A DNA stretch of 64,000 nt from Candidatus Tectimicrobiota bacterium (GTDB taxonomy: Bacteria > JACPUC01). The position numbers and the translations under genes were made by a program. Each line of letters starts with the position of its first letter. The stretch's first letter is position 1. The stretch lies in the NCBI GenBank assembly GCA_016192455.1, contig JACPUC010000003.1, forward strand, positions 124,001 to 188,000, given 5' to 3'. Below are positions 43,535 to 57,289 of this stretch, piece by piece. The notes beneath the pieces are model-generated. The model was not told where the DNA came from and did no database searches. It saw nothing but the letters and a program-made list of their open reading frames with translations.

Positions 43535-44809
43535 ATGATCCACCGCAGCGGGCGCCGTGGCGAAGGGGCAGGGCGCTCTTTCGGCTGGCGCCGGAGCGTC
43601 CTGGTGCTGGCGGGGAGTGTGCTCATCCTCAGCGCCCCCCCAGCCGAGGCGGGGTTGCTCGGCACCCTCGGCAAGATCATCGCCGCGCCGGTGACGCTGC
43701 CCATGAAGCTGCTGCGCCGCGGCGACGACAAGGATGCCGAGAAGAAGAGGCAGGAACGCAAGGAGAGCGCCGCTCCCGAGGACGGCTTCGCGGCGGCCGG
43801 CGCCTCCCTGGAGGGCGAGCCCGCCGGCGGCCCGCCAGCCGCCTTCCCCCCCATCAAGGTGGTGCGCTCGCCGGCCCTGCAGGCGGAGGGGCGGGGGCCG
43901 CGGCAAGCGATCCTCATCGACCGCGTGGTGGCCAAGGTTGGAACCCAGATCATCACGCTGAGCGAAGTTGAGGAGGCGGCGGCCGAGGAGATTCGCCAAA
44001 TCTGGCAGGAGTCCCAGGGCGAGGGCCGCGAGAAGAAGCTCGCCGACATCCGCCGCCGGTTCCTCGAGCAACTCATCGAAAAGAAACTGCAGCTCGGCGA
44101 GGCGCTTCGTATCGGCATCGAAGTGGCCGAGAAGGACGTCGAGCGCGCCATGGAAGAGATCAAGAAAGAGAATCGCCTCGATGACGCGGCACTCAAGACC
44201 ATGCTCGAGCAGAGCGGCATGACGATGCAGAACTACAAGGACGAAGTCCGCGAGCAGATTCTGGTGCGCAAGGCCTACAACTTCGCGGTGGTCTCCCGCG
44301 TGGCGATTGACGACGAGGAAGTCCGGCAGTATTACACCGCCAACGCGACGGAGTTCAGCATCGCCGACGAGGTGCAGGCCAGCCACATCCTCCTGCGGCT
44401 CCCCGAGGCCGCCAGCGAAGCCGAGGCGAACGCCGCGCGCGGCCGGCTGGAAGAGATTCGGCGCACCCTCCTCAACGGCGCCGACTTCGCGGAGGTCGCC
44501 AAGAAGGTCTCGGAAGGGCCGGCGGCCGATCGCGGCGGCGACCTGGGGGTGTTCCGTCGCGGCCAGGTGCTCCCCGAGATCGAGCAGCATGCCTTCGGGC
44601 AAGCCGCGGGAACCATCAGCGAGGTCTTCCGCACCCAGCTCGGCTTTCACCTCATCAAGACCGAGAAGCTCCTGGTGAACCGTCGGACACCCCTTGAGTT
44701 CGCGCGCGACCCCATCCGGAACAAGCTCTACGGCGAGAAGACCACGGCGCGCTTCAAGGAATGGGTGACCAAGCTGCGCGAGGAGGTTTTCGTTGAAGTG
44801 CTGATGTAG
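43535..44809 (+). CDS. surA: SurA-like chaperone/peptidylprolyl isomerase
   Basis: IDRVVAKVG..IITLSEV, ASHIL, GGDLG, TQLGFH. Confidence 0.82.
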   Translation: MIHRSGRRGEGAGRSFGWRRSVLVLAGSVLILSAPPAEAGLLGTLGKIIAAPVTLPMKLLRRGDDKDAEKKRQERKESAAPEDGFAAAGASLEGEPAGGPPAAFPPIKVVRSPALQAEGRGPRQAILIDRVVAKVGTQIITLSEVEEAAAEEIRQIWQESQGEGREKKLADIRRRFLEQLIEKKLQLGEALRIGIEVAEKDVERAMEEIKKENRLDDAALKTMLEQSGMTMQNYKDEVREQILVRKAYNFAVVSRVAIDDEEVRQYYTANATEFSIADEVQASHILLRLPEAASEAEANAARGRLEEIRRTLLNGADFAEVAKKVSEGPAADRGGDLGVFRRGQVLPEIEQHAFGQAAGTISEVFRTQLGFHLIKTEKLLVNRRTPLEFARDPIRNKLYGEKTTARFKEWVTKLREEVFVEVLM

Positions 44810-44925
44810 GGAGCGGCGGCGCGCCGGGCGGCTGGCGGCGACGGCGGGGCCGGGCCGCATGTCGGCTGACGGGTGCCGCGCCGGACCGGGCCCCCTGGAG
44901 CAGGCCCCCCCAGCCCCTCGCTCCC

Positions 44926-45216
44926 ATGCCGCAGGAGGCGAGGGTGCGGCTCGACGTCTTCTTGCAGCGCAGCCGGCTCATTCGCCGGCGCTCCCAGTCG
45001 AAACTCTTCTGCGATGCCGGCGCCGTGCAGGTGAACGGCAAGGCGGCGAAAGGGAGCAAGCCCGTGCGCGTCGGAGACCGCGTCCGCGTGGCCTTCTGGA
45101 ACCGCAACGTGGAGGTGGTCGTCACCGAGCTGGTGGAGCGGGCGGGGCAGCGCGGCGCCCCTTCCCACCTCGCGTTCGAGGTGGTGCTGGAGGAGCGCAA
45201 GGACCCCCTCCAGTAG
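44926..45216 (+). CDS. RNA-binding S4 domain protein (Hsp15/RqcP-like)
   Basis: RLDVFL..SRLIRRRS...CDAG.V.VNG..AK.S..VRVGD. Confidence 0.88.
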   Translation: MPQEARVRLDVFLQRSRLIRRRSQSKLFCDAGAVQVNGKAAKGSKPVRVGDRVRVAFWNRNVEVVVTELVERAGQRGAPSHLAFEVVLEERKDPLQ

Positions 45217-45303
45217 GAGCGCAGGCTGGACGCGCCGCCGGGCCCGGGAAGTTGGCGAGGAGCGGCGGGGCGTCGCCAACGAGGCGCCCCCCCCCGAAAG
45301 GAC

Positions 45304-45332
45304 TAGCCAGGGGGGTCGCGGGGTGCTATAGT
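45304..45332 (+). promoter_or_regulatory. Sigma70-like promoter (extended -10) upstream of pyrB
   Basis: TAGCCA-N17-TATAGT with TGc immediately before the -10. Confidence 0.5.
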
Positions 45333-45394
45333 AGTTCCTGGTTGGAGCAGGTGGTGTGAGCTAGCCCCAATGGCAACGGCGCCTTCCCGGAGAG

Positions 45395-45437
45395 ACCTCC
45401 CGCATGCCGCTTCCCTGGCGGTTTGGGAGGTTTTTTT
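45395..45437 (+). terminator. Terminator/attenuator hairpin in the pyrB leader
   Basis: ACCTCCC...GGGAGGT stem with inner GCCGC/GCGGT pairing, then a run of 7 T. Confidence 0.7.
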
Positions 45438-45579
45438 CCATGCCGCGCCGGTGTGTTGCTTTCTCCCCTGGAGACACGGCGTTCCTTGATCTCGGCGCAT
45501 TCCCTGCCTTCGCACCTTGCCGAGCGCTCCCTCGCGGTCCGGCTCGGGCGAGGCAAGAGAACCGCCCAAGAAGCACTCC

Positions 45580-46821
45580 ATGAAACGGCGGAGCATCATC
45601 TCCATCAACGACCTCAGCAACGCCGAAATCGAGGGCTTGTTCCGCGTTGTCAGCGATCTCCAGCAGGCGCGCAAGAGCACCCGCCAGCTCGACCTCTGCC
45701 GCGGCGACATCCTGGCCACGCTCTTCTACGAGTCGAGCACGCGCACGCGCCTGTCGTTCGAGAGCGCCATGCTGCGCCTGGGCGGCCAGGTGATCAGCGC
45801 CCCCAATGCGCTCACCACCTCCTCCGCCGCCAAGGGGGAGACCATCCGCGATACGGTGCGCGTCGTCCAGCACTACGCCGATGTCATCGTCATGCGGCAC
45901 TTCCTGGACGGCGCCACGCGCGTGGCGACGGAGATGGTGAAGACGCCGATCATCAACGGCGGGGATGGCAGCCACGAGCATCCCACCCAGACCCTCTGCG
46001 ACCTCTATACGATGCAGAAGGAGTTCGGCGGCCTGGAGGGCATCCGGGTGGCGCTCTGCGGCGACCTGAAGTATGGCCGCACCGTGCACTCGCTGGCGAT
46101 CGGCCTGGCGCGGTTCGGGGCGCGCATCATCTGCGTCGCCCCGCCGGGCTTCGAGATGCCGGGCTACATGGTGCGCCGCCTCGAGCGCGACTACGCCTGC
46201 AAAGTCGAGACCTATGACCGGCTCGACGCGGTGACCTCGATGCCGGCGGCGCCGCCCTCGGAGAACGGCGCGTCGGAGGAGACGAGCACGCTCTTCGGCG
46301 ACATCATTTCCACCCTCGACGTGGTGTACCTCACGCGCGTGCAGAAGGAGCGCCTCGCCGAACACGACCGCACCCCCGCCGTGGAGAGCAGCTATGCCAT
46401 GAGCGCGGCGCTGCTGCGACGCGCCAAGCGCGAAGCCGTCATCCTCCATCCGTTGCCGCGGCAGGACGAGCTGAGCTACGCCATCGACCACGACCGCCGG
46501 GCGGCGTACTTTCGCCAGGCGGGGAACGGCGTCTGGGTGCGCATGGCGCTGCTGGCGCTGGTGCTGGGCCGCATCGAGCTGCCCGCCGGCGAGCGCGCCG
46601 CCGCCGAGCCCGAGCCGCGGCGCGCGCCGAGGCTGTCGCGGCGCAAGGCGCTCCTGTGCGGCAACGCGAAGTGCGTCAGCCAGCATGCGGAGGTCGAGGC
46701 GGGGAAGTACTGGGCCACCGAGAACGAGACCCGGCTGAGCTGCTACTACTGTGATCAAGAGGTGGACCTGCCCCAGCCCTCGCATCCCGACGAGAGCCAA
46801 CGCACCTTACTCGAAAGCTAG
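45580..46821 (+). CDS. pyrB: Aspartate carbamoyltransferase with C-terminal PyrI-like Zn-binding domain
   Basis: FYESSTRT, KGET, HPTQ, GDLKYGRTVHSL, TRVQKER, HPLPR; tail CGNAKCVS...CYYCD. Confidence 0.93.
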   Translation: MKRRSIISINDLSNAEIEGLFRVVSDLQQARKSTRQLDLCRGDILATLFYESSTRTRLSFESAMLRLGGQVISAPNALTTSSAAKGETIRDTVRVVQHYADVIVMRHFLDGATRVATEMVKTPIINGGDGSHEHPTQTLCDLYTMQKEFGGLEGIRVALCGDLKYGRTVHSLAIGLARFGARIICVAPPGFEMPGYMVRRLERDYACKVETYDRLDAVTSMPAAPPSENGASEETSTLFGDIISTLDVVYLTRVQKERLAEHDRTPAVESSYAMSAALLRRAKREAVILHPLPRQDELSYAIDHDRRAAYFRQAGNGVWVRMALLALVLGRIELPAGERAAAEPEPRRAPRLSRRKALLCGNAKCVSQHAEVEAGKYWATENETRLSCYYCDQEVDLPQPSHPDESQRTLLES

Positions 46822-46835
46822 GAATCCCGGCTGTT

Positions 46836-47465
46836 GTGAAAGCATGGCTCCTCATCGCCTCCTACGTTGCGGCGATCTTCGCCACCATGCCCTACCAGCC
46901 GCGCTTGGTCTACGCCTTTCACGGACCTTACGCGAACCTCTTCGCCCCGCTCATGCTGGCGATCTTCGGCCTCGTGGCGGCGGCGCTGCTGGGGTATACC
47001 GTTCGCCTGCACCGTCGGCTGCGCGTCACCAGCATCTTCTGCCTGGCCGTGGCCGGCGCCGCCGCCTGGGTGGTGAGCCGCCATCTCGAAGCGCCGGTCG
47101 AGAAGATCCACCTCATCGAGTACGGCGCGCTGAGTGTGCTGCTCTACCGGCGCTTCGCGCACCACTTCCCCGCGGCCCCCGCCAAGGCGCTGATCTTGGC
47201 GGTGGCGGCGGCAAGTCTCATCGGCATCGGCGATGAATTCTACCAACTCTATCTCCCGAGCCGCTACTTCGGCTGGTTCGACATGGTGACGAACCTCATT
47301 GGCGTCTTCCTTGGCCTCGTCATCTGGTTCGGCGTGCTTAGGCCCCCTGCCCCGTCGGCGGGCATGGCGCCAGCACCCGCGCCGCTCCTCGTCGCTTCCC
47401 CATCCCTGCCGTTGGACGGAGCCCCGCAGGTGAGCCCGGCGGCCTCGCGCCCCAACGTGTCGTGA
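46836..47465 (+). CDS. VanZ-like membrane protein
   Basis: [22 protein letters not shown]...DMVTN. Confidence 0.8.
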   Translation: MKAWLLIASYVAAIFATMPYQPRLVYAFHGPYANLFAPLMLAIFGLVAAALLGYTVRLHRRLRVTSIFCLAVAGAAAWVVSRHLEAPVEKIHLIEYGALSVLLYRRFAHHFPAAPAKALILAVAAASLIGIGDEFYQLYLPSRYFGWFDMVTNLIGVFLGLVIWFGVLRPPAPSAGMAPAPAPLLVASPSLPLDGAPQVSPAASRPNVS

Positions 47466-47472
47466 GTGTGGC

Positions 47473-48645
47473 ATGCAACGCGCGGTCTTGGCCCTCGCCG
47501 ACGGCACCGTCTTCGAGGGGCGCAACTTCGGCGCCTCCGGCGCCTGCATCGGCGAGGTCGTCTTCAATACCAGCATGATGGGCTACCAGGAGATTCTCAC
47601 CGATCCCTCCTACAGCGGCCAGATCGTCACCATGACCTACCCGCTCATCGGCAACTATGGCGTCAACGAGCAGGATACCGAATCGACCCGCCCGCGCGTC
47701 GAGGGCTTCGTGGTGCGGGAATGCAGCCCCATCGCCAGTAGCTGGCGGCAGCAGCTCGACCTGGCCGGCTACCTGCGGCGGCACGGCATCGTCGGCATCG
47801 ACGGCATCGACACCCGCGCCCTCACCCGCCGCCTGCGGGACCACGGCGCGCAGATGGGCGCCATCTCCAGCGAGGCCGAGTCCGTGGCCGCGGTGCGGCG
47901 GCTGGCGGCGACGGCGCCGCCGCTGGAGGGGCGCGACCTCGTGGCCGGGGTGACGTGCCCGGCGCCGTACCCCTGGCGGGAGGGACCCTACCAGCACCGC
48001 CTCGGCCCGGCGGAGGGGCGCGGCGAGTTCAGCGTTGCCGCGCCGTCCGGCGGTGACACGGCAGGCCCCCCCTGGCACGTCGTGGCGTACGACTTCGGCG
48101 TCAAGCGCAACATCCTGCGCCACCTCGTCGCCGTCGGCTGCCGGGTGACCGTCGTGCCGGCCGCGACGACGCCGAGCCAGGCGCTGGCCCTGAAGCCGGA
48201 CGGCATCTTCCTGTCGAACGGCCCGGGGGATCCCGCCGCCGTGCCGTACGCCATCGAGGCCGTCTCCGGCCTGCTCGGCCAGCGGCCCATCTTCGGCATC
48301 TGCCTCGGCCACCAGCTCCTCGCCCTGGCGTTGGGCGGCCGAACCTTCAAGCTGAAGTTCGGGCACCACGGCGGCAACCACCCGGTCATGGACCTGCGCA
48401 CCGGCTCCATCGCCATCACGGCGCAGAATCATGGCTTCGCCGTGCAGGCCGAGACGCTGCCGGCCTCCCTCGAGCTGACCCATATCAACCTCAACGATCA
48501 GACCGTCGAGGGGTTTTGCCACCGCAGCCTGCCGATCATGTCGGTCCAGTACCACCCCGAAGCCTCCCCCGGGCCCCACGATGCCACGTACCTCTTTCAA
48601 CGATTCATCGAGCTGATGAGAGCGTCCACCTCTCGTTCCGCCTAA
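47473..48645 (+). CDS. carA: Carbamoyl-phosphate synthase small subunit
   Basis: [46 protein letters not shown]. Confidence 0.97.
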   Translation: MQRAVLALADGTVFEGRNFGASGACIGEVVFNTSMMGYQEILTDPSYSGQIVTMTYPLIGNYGVNEQDTESTRPRVEGFVVRECSPIASSWRQQLDLAGYLRRHGIVGIDGIDTRALTRRLRDHGAQMGAISSEAESVAAVRRLAATAPPLEGRDLVAGVTCPAPYPWREGPYQHRLGPAEGRGEFSVAAPSGGDTAGPPWHVVAYDFGVKRNILRHLVAVGCRVTVVPAATTPSQALALKPDGIFLSNGPGDPAAVPYAIEAVSGLLGQRPIFGICLGHQLLALALGGRTFKLKFGHHGGNHPVMDLRTGSIAITAQNHGFAVQAETLPASLELTHINLNDQTVEGFCHRSLPIMSVQYHPEASPGPHDATYLFQRFIELMRASTSRSA

Positions 48646-48716
48646 CACCGGGCGGTCGCGGGGCCCCGCGCGCCGCGGCGCGCGCCGCCCCAGGCCGGCC
48701 CGCAACGGACGCACGC

Positions 48717-51974
<3,258 letters not shown>

Positions 51975-51977
51975 ACC

Positions 51978-52913
51978 ATGGACGACACTGAGCGCCTGCG
52001 GGCGCTGCAGGCGAGCATCGAGCAGGTCCTCATCGGCAAGACGGCCGCCATCCGGCTCGCCCTGGTGACGCTCTTCGCCCAGGGGCACCTGCTCATCGAG
52101 GATGTCCCCGGCGTCGGCAAGACCACCCTGGCCCGCGCCCTGGCCCGCTGCCTGGCGTGCAGCTTCCAGCGCATCCAGTTCACGCCGGACCTGCTCCCCT
52201 CCGACATCCTCGGCGTCTCGATCTACCACGCCGAGAGCGGGCGCTTCGAGTTCAAACCCGGCCCCATCTTCGCCAACGTCGTGCTGGCCGATGAGATCAA
52301 CCGGGCCTCGCCGCGCACCCAGAGCAGCCTCCTGGAAGCCATGAACGAGGGCCAGGTGTCGGTGGACGGCGTGACGCACGAGCTGCCGCGCCCCTTCATG
52401 GTCATCGGCACCCAGAACCCCCTGGAGTTCGAAGGCACCTACACCCTCCCGGAGGCGCAGCTCGACCGCTTCCTCATCCGCCTGGCGATGGGCTACCCGG
52501 AGCGGCAGGACGAGCGCCGCGTGCTCCTCGACGCCGCCTCGCGCCCGCCGGTGGACGCCCTGGCGCCGGTGCTGAGCGTCAGCGAGGTGGAGGCGATCCA
52601 AGACCAGGTGCGGCGCGTCCGCATCGAACCCAGCCTGGTGGACTACCTCCTGGACATCGTGCGCGCCACGCGCGAGTCGCCCCACCTCGAGGTGGGGGTG
52701 AGCCCCCGCGGCGCCCTGGCCTTGCAGCGCGCCGCCCAGGCCCTGGCGTTCGTCAACGGCCGCGCCTACGTCATCCCCGACGACATCAAGCAGCTCACCC
52801 TGCCGGTGTTGGCGCACCGCGTGCTGCTGCGCGACTACCTCTCGCAGGCGCCCCTGCGCGCCGCCACGGAAGTCCTCCAGGACATCCTCGACAAGCTCCC
52901 CGTCCCCCTCTAG
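51978..52913 (+). CDS. MoxR family AAA+ ATPase
   Basis: LIEDVPGVGKT, RIQFTPDLLPSD, DEINRA, TQNP.E.EGTY.LPEAQLDRF. Confidence 0.95.
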   Translation: MDDTERLRALQASIEQVLIGKTAAIRLALVTLFAQGHLLIEDVPGVGKTTLARALARCLACSFQRIQFTPDLLPSDILGVSIYHAESGRFEFKPGPIFANVVLADEINRASPRTQSSLLEAMNEGQVSVDGVTHELPRPFMVIGTQNPLEFEGTYTLPEAQLDRFLIRLAMGYPERQDERRVLLDAASRPPVDALAPVLSVSEVEAIQDQVRRVRIEPSLVDYLLDIVRATRESPHLEVGVSPRGALALQRAAQALAFVNGRAYVIPDDIKQLTLPVLAHRVLLRDYLSQAPLRAATEVLQDILDKLPVPL

Positions 52914-52937
52914 CCGTCTGCCGGGAGGAGGCTTTGC

Positions 52938-54278
52938 ATGCGGGTGCCGCGCCCTCGAGCCCGCCGCGGCGGCGCAATTCCCGGCCGGCGCGCGCCGGAA
53001 GAGCCCGCGCCCCAGGATGGTGACCCCGCGAGGCCGCCGCGACGCATCACCGCGCGAGGCCGCCGGCACTGGCTGCGCTGGCGCAGCAGCCGGCGCACCG
53101 CCTCCATGACGACGGAGGGAAAAGTCTTCCTCCTCCTGACCATCACCCTCGGCGCCATCACGGTGAACACCGGCCTCAACCTCCTCTACTTGCTCCTGGC
53201 CCTGCTCTTGAGCGCCATCCTGGTCTCCGGCATCCTCTCCGAGCTGAGCCTGCGCGGCGTCGAGGTGGCGCGCCGCCTCCCCGCCGAGCTCTGGGCGGCG
53301 CGGCCGGCCGTCCTGACGGTCGAGGTGCGCAACAGCAAGGCGTGGCTGCCTAGTTTTTCGCTTCACCTCGAGCAGCGCCTCACCCCACCCCAGGGGGAGA
53401 TGCTGCCCCTCGCCAGCTACCTCCTCTACCTGAAGCCGCGGCAGCGGCAGGCGATCACCGCCACGGTCGTCCCGGCGCGCCGCGGCTGGCACGCGCTGCG
53501 GCGAGCAACCCTGGGCACGCGGTTCCCCTTTGGGCTGTTTGTGAAGCGGCTGCGCCTGGGGGAAGAGAGCAGGGTCCTCGTCTACCCGCAGATCGTGCCG
53601 CTGCGCTCGCCCGCGCTGGAGCGCGCCATGGAGGAGCTGACGGACCGGCGAGGCCGGCGGCGGCGCGGCGCCGGCATGGAGTTCCAGGCCCTGCGGGAGT
53701 TCCGGCCGGGAGACAACCCCCGCTGGATTCACTGGCGCTCCACCGCCAGGCAAGGGCGGCTCATGACCAAGGAGCTCGAGCAGGAGCGCCTCTGGTGCGT
53801 CAACCTGCTGCTCGACGGCGCCTGCGAGCCGGGCGGCGAGGAGGCGTTCGAGCGCGCCGTCAGCATCGCCGCGTCGCTCTGCTGCGACCTCGACGCGCGC
53901 GGCTGCTGGGTCCTCTTCGCGACCGTGACCGACCGCCTGCACCTCATCCCGTACGGACATGGGCGGGCGCATCTGCGACGCATCCTCCGCCTCCTCGCCA
54001 CCGTCGCGCCGCAGCCGGCGGCCGAGCGGAGCGCCCTCTACGAGGCGGTGCGCCGGCGCAGCCGCGGCCACGCCGCCACGCTCCTGGTGAGCAGCGCGGC
54101 GGGCGCCAACGACCGCCTCGACGCCGAGGCGTCCGCACCCCGCATCGTTATCAGTCCCTCGAGCGACATCCCGGCCGCCGCGCCGGCGGCGGCCCGGGGG
54201 AGCGGCGCACGCAGCGCCGCCAGCCGCGCGGACGGCGGCTCTTTGCCGGAGTCGGCTGAGGAACGAGTGACGCCATGA
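52938..54278 (+). CDS. DUF58 domain protein
   Basis: NTGLNLLY TM segment, FPFGLF, LREFRPGDNPRWIHWRSTAR, FERAVSIAAS; GGAGGAGG RBS. Confidence 0.88.
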   Translation: MRVPRPRARRGGAIPGRRAPEEPAPQDGDPARPPRRITARGRRHWLRWRSSRRTASMTTEGKVFLLLTITLGAITVNTGLNLLYLLLALLLSAILVSGILSELSLRGVEVARRLPAELWAARPAVLTVEVRNSKAWLPSFSLHLEQRLTPPQGEMLPLASYLLYLKPRQRQAITATVVPARRGWHALRRATLGTRFPFGLFVKRLRLGEESRVLVYPQIVPLRSPALERAMEELTDRRGRRRRGAGMEFQALREFRPGDNPRWIHWRSTARQGRLMTKELEQERLWCVNLLLDGACEPGGEEAFERAVSIAASLCCDLDARGCWVLFATVTDRLHLIPYGHGRAHLRRILRLLATVAPQPAAERSALYEAVRRRSRGHAATLLVSSAAGANDRLDAEASAPRIVISPSSDIPAAAPAAARGSGARSAASRADGGSLPESAEERVTP

Positions 54279-56452
54279 AGTTGGAACGCGCCTTTCACCT
54301 CACCACCTACCTCACCGTCGCCACGACCCTCAGCACCCTGGCGCTGGCGGAGGGGTCCGCGCCCCTCACGGTAGCCATCCTCGTGCTCGTCGGCTGCGCC
54401 TGGCTGCAGGAGCATGCCGGCAGGCCGCGCTACCTGCCGGCCTGGCTGGCGACGGCGCTGTCGCTGCTGTCGCTGCCGCTGGGCGTGCTGGACGCCCAGC
54501 TCTGGTCGGGCTCCTACGTCCTGGGCGCGGCGCACCTCCTGGCCGTCATCCAGCTCATCAAGCTCTTCCAGCCGAAGGCGGACCGCGACTACCTGCAGAT
54601 CGCCTTTCTGAGCCTGCTCCACCTCATCGTCGCCTCGGTGCTCACCACGGCCTTGAGCTTCTCGATCGCCTTCCTCATCTACTTCTTCACCGCCACCTGG
54701 TCGCTCATGCTCTTCCACATCCGGCGCGCCAGCCGGGGCGAGGGGCCCGCCGCCGACGGCGCCGCCGCCTCCCCGACCAGCGTCGCGGCGCTGCGCATCG
54801 ACGGGCGCTTCGCGGCGAGCGTCTCCTGCATCACCCTGCTGACCCTCCTCCTCACCATGAGCATCTTCCTCTTCGTGCCGCGGGTGACGATGGGATTCCT
54901 CCACAAGCAGGCGGGGATGCCCGAGGCAGTCGTCGGCTTCACCGAGGAGGTCTCGCTCACCGAGATCGGCCGCATCAAGCTGAGCCGCGCCCAGGTCATG
55001 CGCGTCGAGCCGCCTGGCAGCCGCCCCCTCTACGGCAAGCAGCAGCTCTGGCGCGGCAAGGCCTTCGACCGCTACACCGGCGCCGGCTGGGCCGCCACGG
55101 AGAGCCGCCGCGCCTGGGTGCGGGGGGACGACGCCGGCCTCGTGCGCCTGCCCGCGATCGCCGCCGTGGCCCGCCAGCCCGCGGAGGAGTTCCGCTTCCA
55201 TGTGCGGGAGATCAACACCAACGTCGTCTTCACCGCCTACTACACGACGCAGATCGCCGGCCTGTCGCGCGCCCTGGCGCTGGATCGGTACGGCACGGTC
55301 TACACCGGCCTCATGCACTACCTCGGCACCAGCTACGTCGCCACGGCGCGGACCTCGCTCGGCGGCGCGCCGCCGCCGGCGATGCTGCGGGCGAACCTGG
55401 CGACGTACCTCGAGCTGCCGCCGGGGAGCGAGCGTCTCGGCGAGCTGGCCCGTCGCGTCACCGCCGGCGCCGCGCGCCCCCTCGAGCAGGCGCTGCTCCT
55501 GGAGCGTTACCTGCGCCGCGCCTACGCCTACTCCCTCGACCTGAAGCCTGCCCTGGGGCGCGACCCGGTGAACGCGTTCCTCTTCGACTGGCAGGCCGGC
55601 CACTGCGAGCTCTTCGCCTCGGCGATGGCCTTGATGGCGCGGGCCGTCGGCATTCCGGCGCGCTACGTGACGGGCTTCAGCGGCGGCGAATGGAACGAGT
55701 TCGGCGGCTACTACCTGGTGCGGCAGCTCGACGCGCACGCCTGGGTCGAGGTCCACGATCCGGCAGTCGGCTGGGTGCCCTTCGACCCCACCCCGGCCGC
55801 TCCCCCGGATGGCGCCGGCGGCATTCTCGCCCGCCTCGGCATCCTGCAGCGCTACCTCGACTCGCTGCGGGTGCGCTGGAACGCCTACGTGATCGACTAC
55901 AGCCTGCACCAGCAGCTCAAGCTGACGCGGCTCGTGCGCGGTCTGCTCAGCGCGCTCTCCCGCCACCTCGTCGATGCGGCGGCCTCCCTGACCGAGGCGG
56001 GGCGGTGGGCCTGGCGCGCCGCCGGCAGCCTGGCGCGCCGGAACCTCCCCGCCCTGCTCGGCATCAGCCTGGCCCTCCTGGGCGCCGCCGGGCTGGTCTG
56101 GTTCGCCGCCCTGGGCCTGGCTCGGCGCCGCCGCGCCCCCAGCCGACCCGCGGCGGCCATCCCCCTAAGCTACGCCTCCTTCCTGAAGCTGATGGAACGC
56201 CATCGGCGCGCCAAGCCGGCCCACCTGACGCCGGCCGAGTTCGCCGCGGCGCTGCTGGAGGACCGCAGGCTGCCCGCGTCGGCCATCGACCTCCTGACGC
56301 TGGGGTACTACGCAGCTCGTTTCGGGCACACGCCGACGACGCCCGGCCAGGAGAGCGCCGAAGCCGCGGCCCTCGCCGCCCTACGCGCCGCCCTGCGGGG
56401 CCCCGACACGGCCTCGCGCGGCGCCGCGGCTAGTGTCTGTTTCTCAAATTAG
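54275..56452 (+). CDS. DUF3488/transglutaminase-like membrane protein (TgpA-like)
   Basis: Multi-TM N-terminus, WRGKAFDRYTG, GHCELFASAM, ARYVTGF, HAWVEV, FDPTP; overlapping start/stop region with DUF58. Confidence 0.9.
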   Translation: MKLERAFHLTTYLTVATTLSTLALAEGSAPLTVAILVLVGCAWLQEHAGRPRYLPAWLATALSLLSLPLGVLDAQLWSGSYVLGAAHLLAVIQLIKLFQPKADRDYLQIAFLSLLHLIVASVLTTALSFSIAFLIYFFTATWSLMLFHIRRASRGEGPAADGAAASPTSVAALRIDGRFAASVSCITLLTLLLTMSIFLFVPRVTMGFLHKQAGMPEAVVGFTEEVSLTEIGRIKLSRAQVMRVEPPGSRPLYGKQQLWRGKAFDRYTGAGWAATESRRAWVRGDDAGLVRLPAIAAVARQPAEEFRFHVREINTNVVFTAYYTTQIAGLSRALALDRYGTVYTGLMHYLGTSYVATARTSLGGAPPPAMLRANLATYLELPPGSERLGELARRVTAGAARPLEQALLLERYLRRAYAYSLDLKPALGRDPVNAFLFDWQAGHCELFASAMALMARAVGIPARYVTGFSGGEWNEFGGYYLVRQLDAHAWVEVHDPAVGWVPFDPTPAAPPDGAGGILARLGILQRYLDSLRVRWNAYVIDYSLHQQLKLTRLVRGLLSALSRHLVDAAASLTEAGRWAWRAAGSLARRNLPALLGISLALLGAAGLVWFAALGLARRRRAPSRPAAAIPLSYASFLKLMERHRRAKPAHLTPAEFAAALLEDRRLPASAIDLLTLGYYAARFGHTPTTPGQESAEAAALAALRAALRGPDTASRGAAASVCFSN

Positions 56453-56633
56453 ATCGCATCGATGTCGGAGGGAGCCTCGCCCCCTCGCGCATCCCGACTG
56501 GTAGGGGCGGTTCGCGAACCGCCCCTACGGAACAGGGGGTGTGGGGGAGCAAGGGTCCCCCACAAAAACTTCCCCGCCACATGGCACGAAGAAGGCGTTG
56601 AATGAAGGATGGAACTTGTGCGACGCAGCACGA
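56430..56633 (-). mobile_element. REP-containing MITE-like element, copy 5 (inverted)
   Basis: Left end CTAGTGTCTGTTTCTCAAATT, right end AACTTGTGCGACGCAGCAC (reverse complement matches copy 3 left end). Perfect REP at 56501-56528. Confidence 0.72.
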
Positions 56634-56817
56634 TGAGGCGGCGGGGAATAGGGCGCGCCCTCGGCTCGTTGTCGTGGTGTGGCCTGGAGGCAGCCGGACC
56701 GGCGCATCGTGGGGAGAGCGGCAGGGGCGAGGCGCGTTCACGTCCGGGCTGGCGTGGTTCCCATGCCCCACCCAGCGCGGCGGGCGAGGAGACGCCGGGG
56801 TGGAGCGCGGCGGGAGA

Positions 56818-57159
56818 TCAGGTGGGAGGCTGAGGCTCGCCGGGTCCCTGCGCGGGGTCCGAGGGCGGCGCGGAGGGTTGCGGCGCGGCGGGAAGGGCGG
56901 CGCGGTATTTTTCGAGGACGGCCTGCCGGATCATCGTCTTCAGCTCTTTGGTGAGCGGCGCCACGAGGTCGCGGAACTCGCCGCCGGGGCTCTTCTGCGC
57001 GGGGTAGCTGATGAAGAGCCCCCCGGCGGACGTCTCCATCACCCGCAGGCCACGAAGGAGGAGGGCGTCGTTGAAGGTGACCTCGGCGTAGGCGCGCACG
57101 GTGCTGCCGACGCTGCGGAGGTCGAACGGGTAGAGCGTCACGTGGGTGATCTGCAGCAT
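56818..57159 (-). CDS. spoVG: SpoVG family nucleic-acid-binding protein
   Basis: ITHV, RAYAEVTFND, GLRV, GLFISYP, GEFRDLVAP, I..AVLEKY pattern. Confidence 0.8.
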   Translation of the reverse strand: MLQITHVTLYPFDLRSVGSTVRAYAEVTFNDALLLRGLRVMETSAGGLFISYPAQKSPGGEFRDLVAPLTKELKTMIRQAVLEKYRAALPAAPQPSAPPSDPAQGPGEPQPPT

Positions 57160-57227
57160 GCGACGGGCCGGGCGCTTCAGCGGCAGGCCGGCGATCCGCG
57201 CTTGCGGGACGCGGCGGCCTGCTCGCA

Positions 57228-57256
57228 TTGACAGGGCGAGGCTGCGTTGGTATCGT
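57228..57256 (+). promoter_or_regulatory. Sigma70-like promoter
   Basis: TTGACA-N17-TATCGT. Confidence 0.6.
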
Positions 57257-57289
57257 CTAGTGTAACCTCCCTCTCGTTGGCACGCCACC

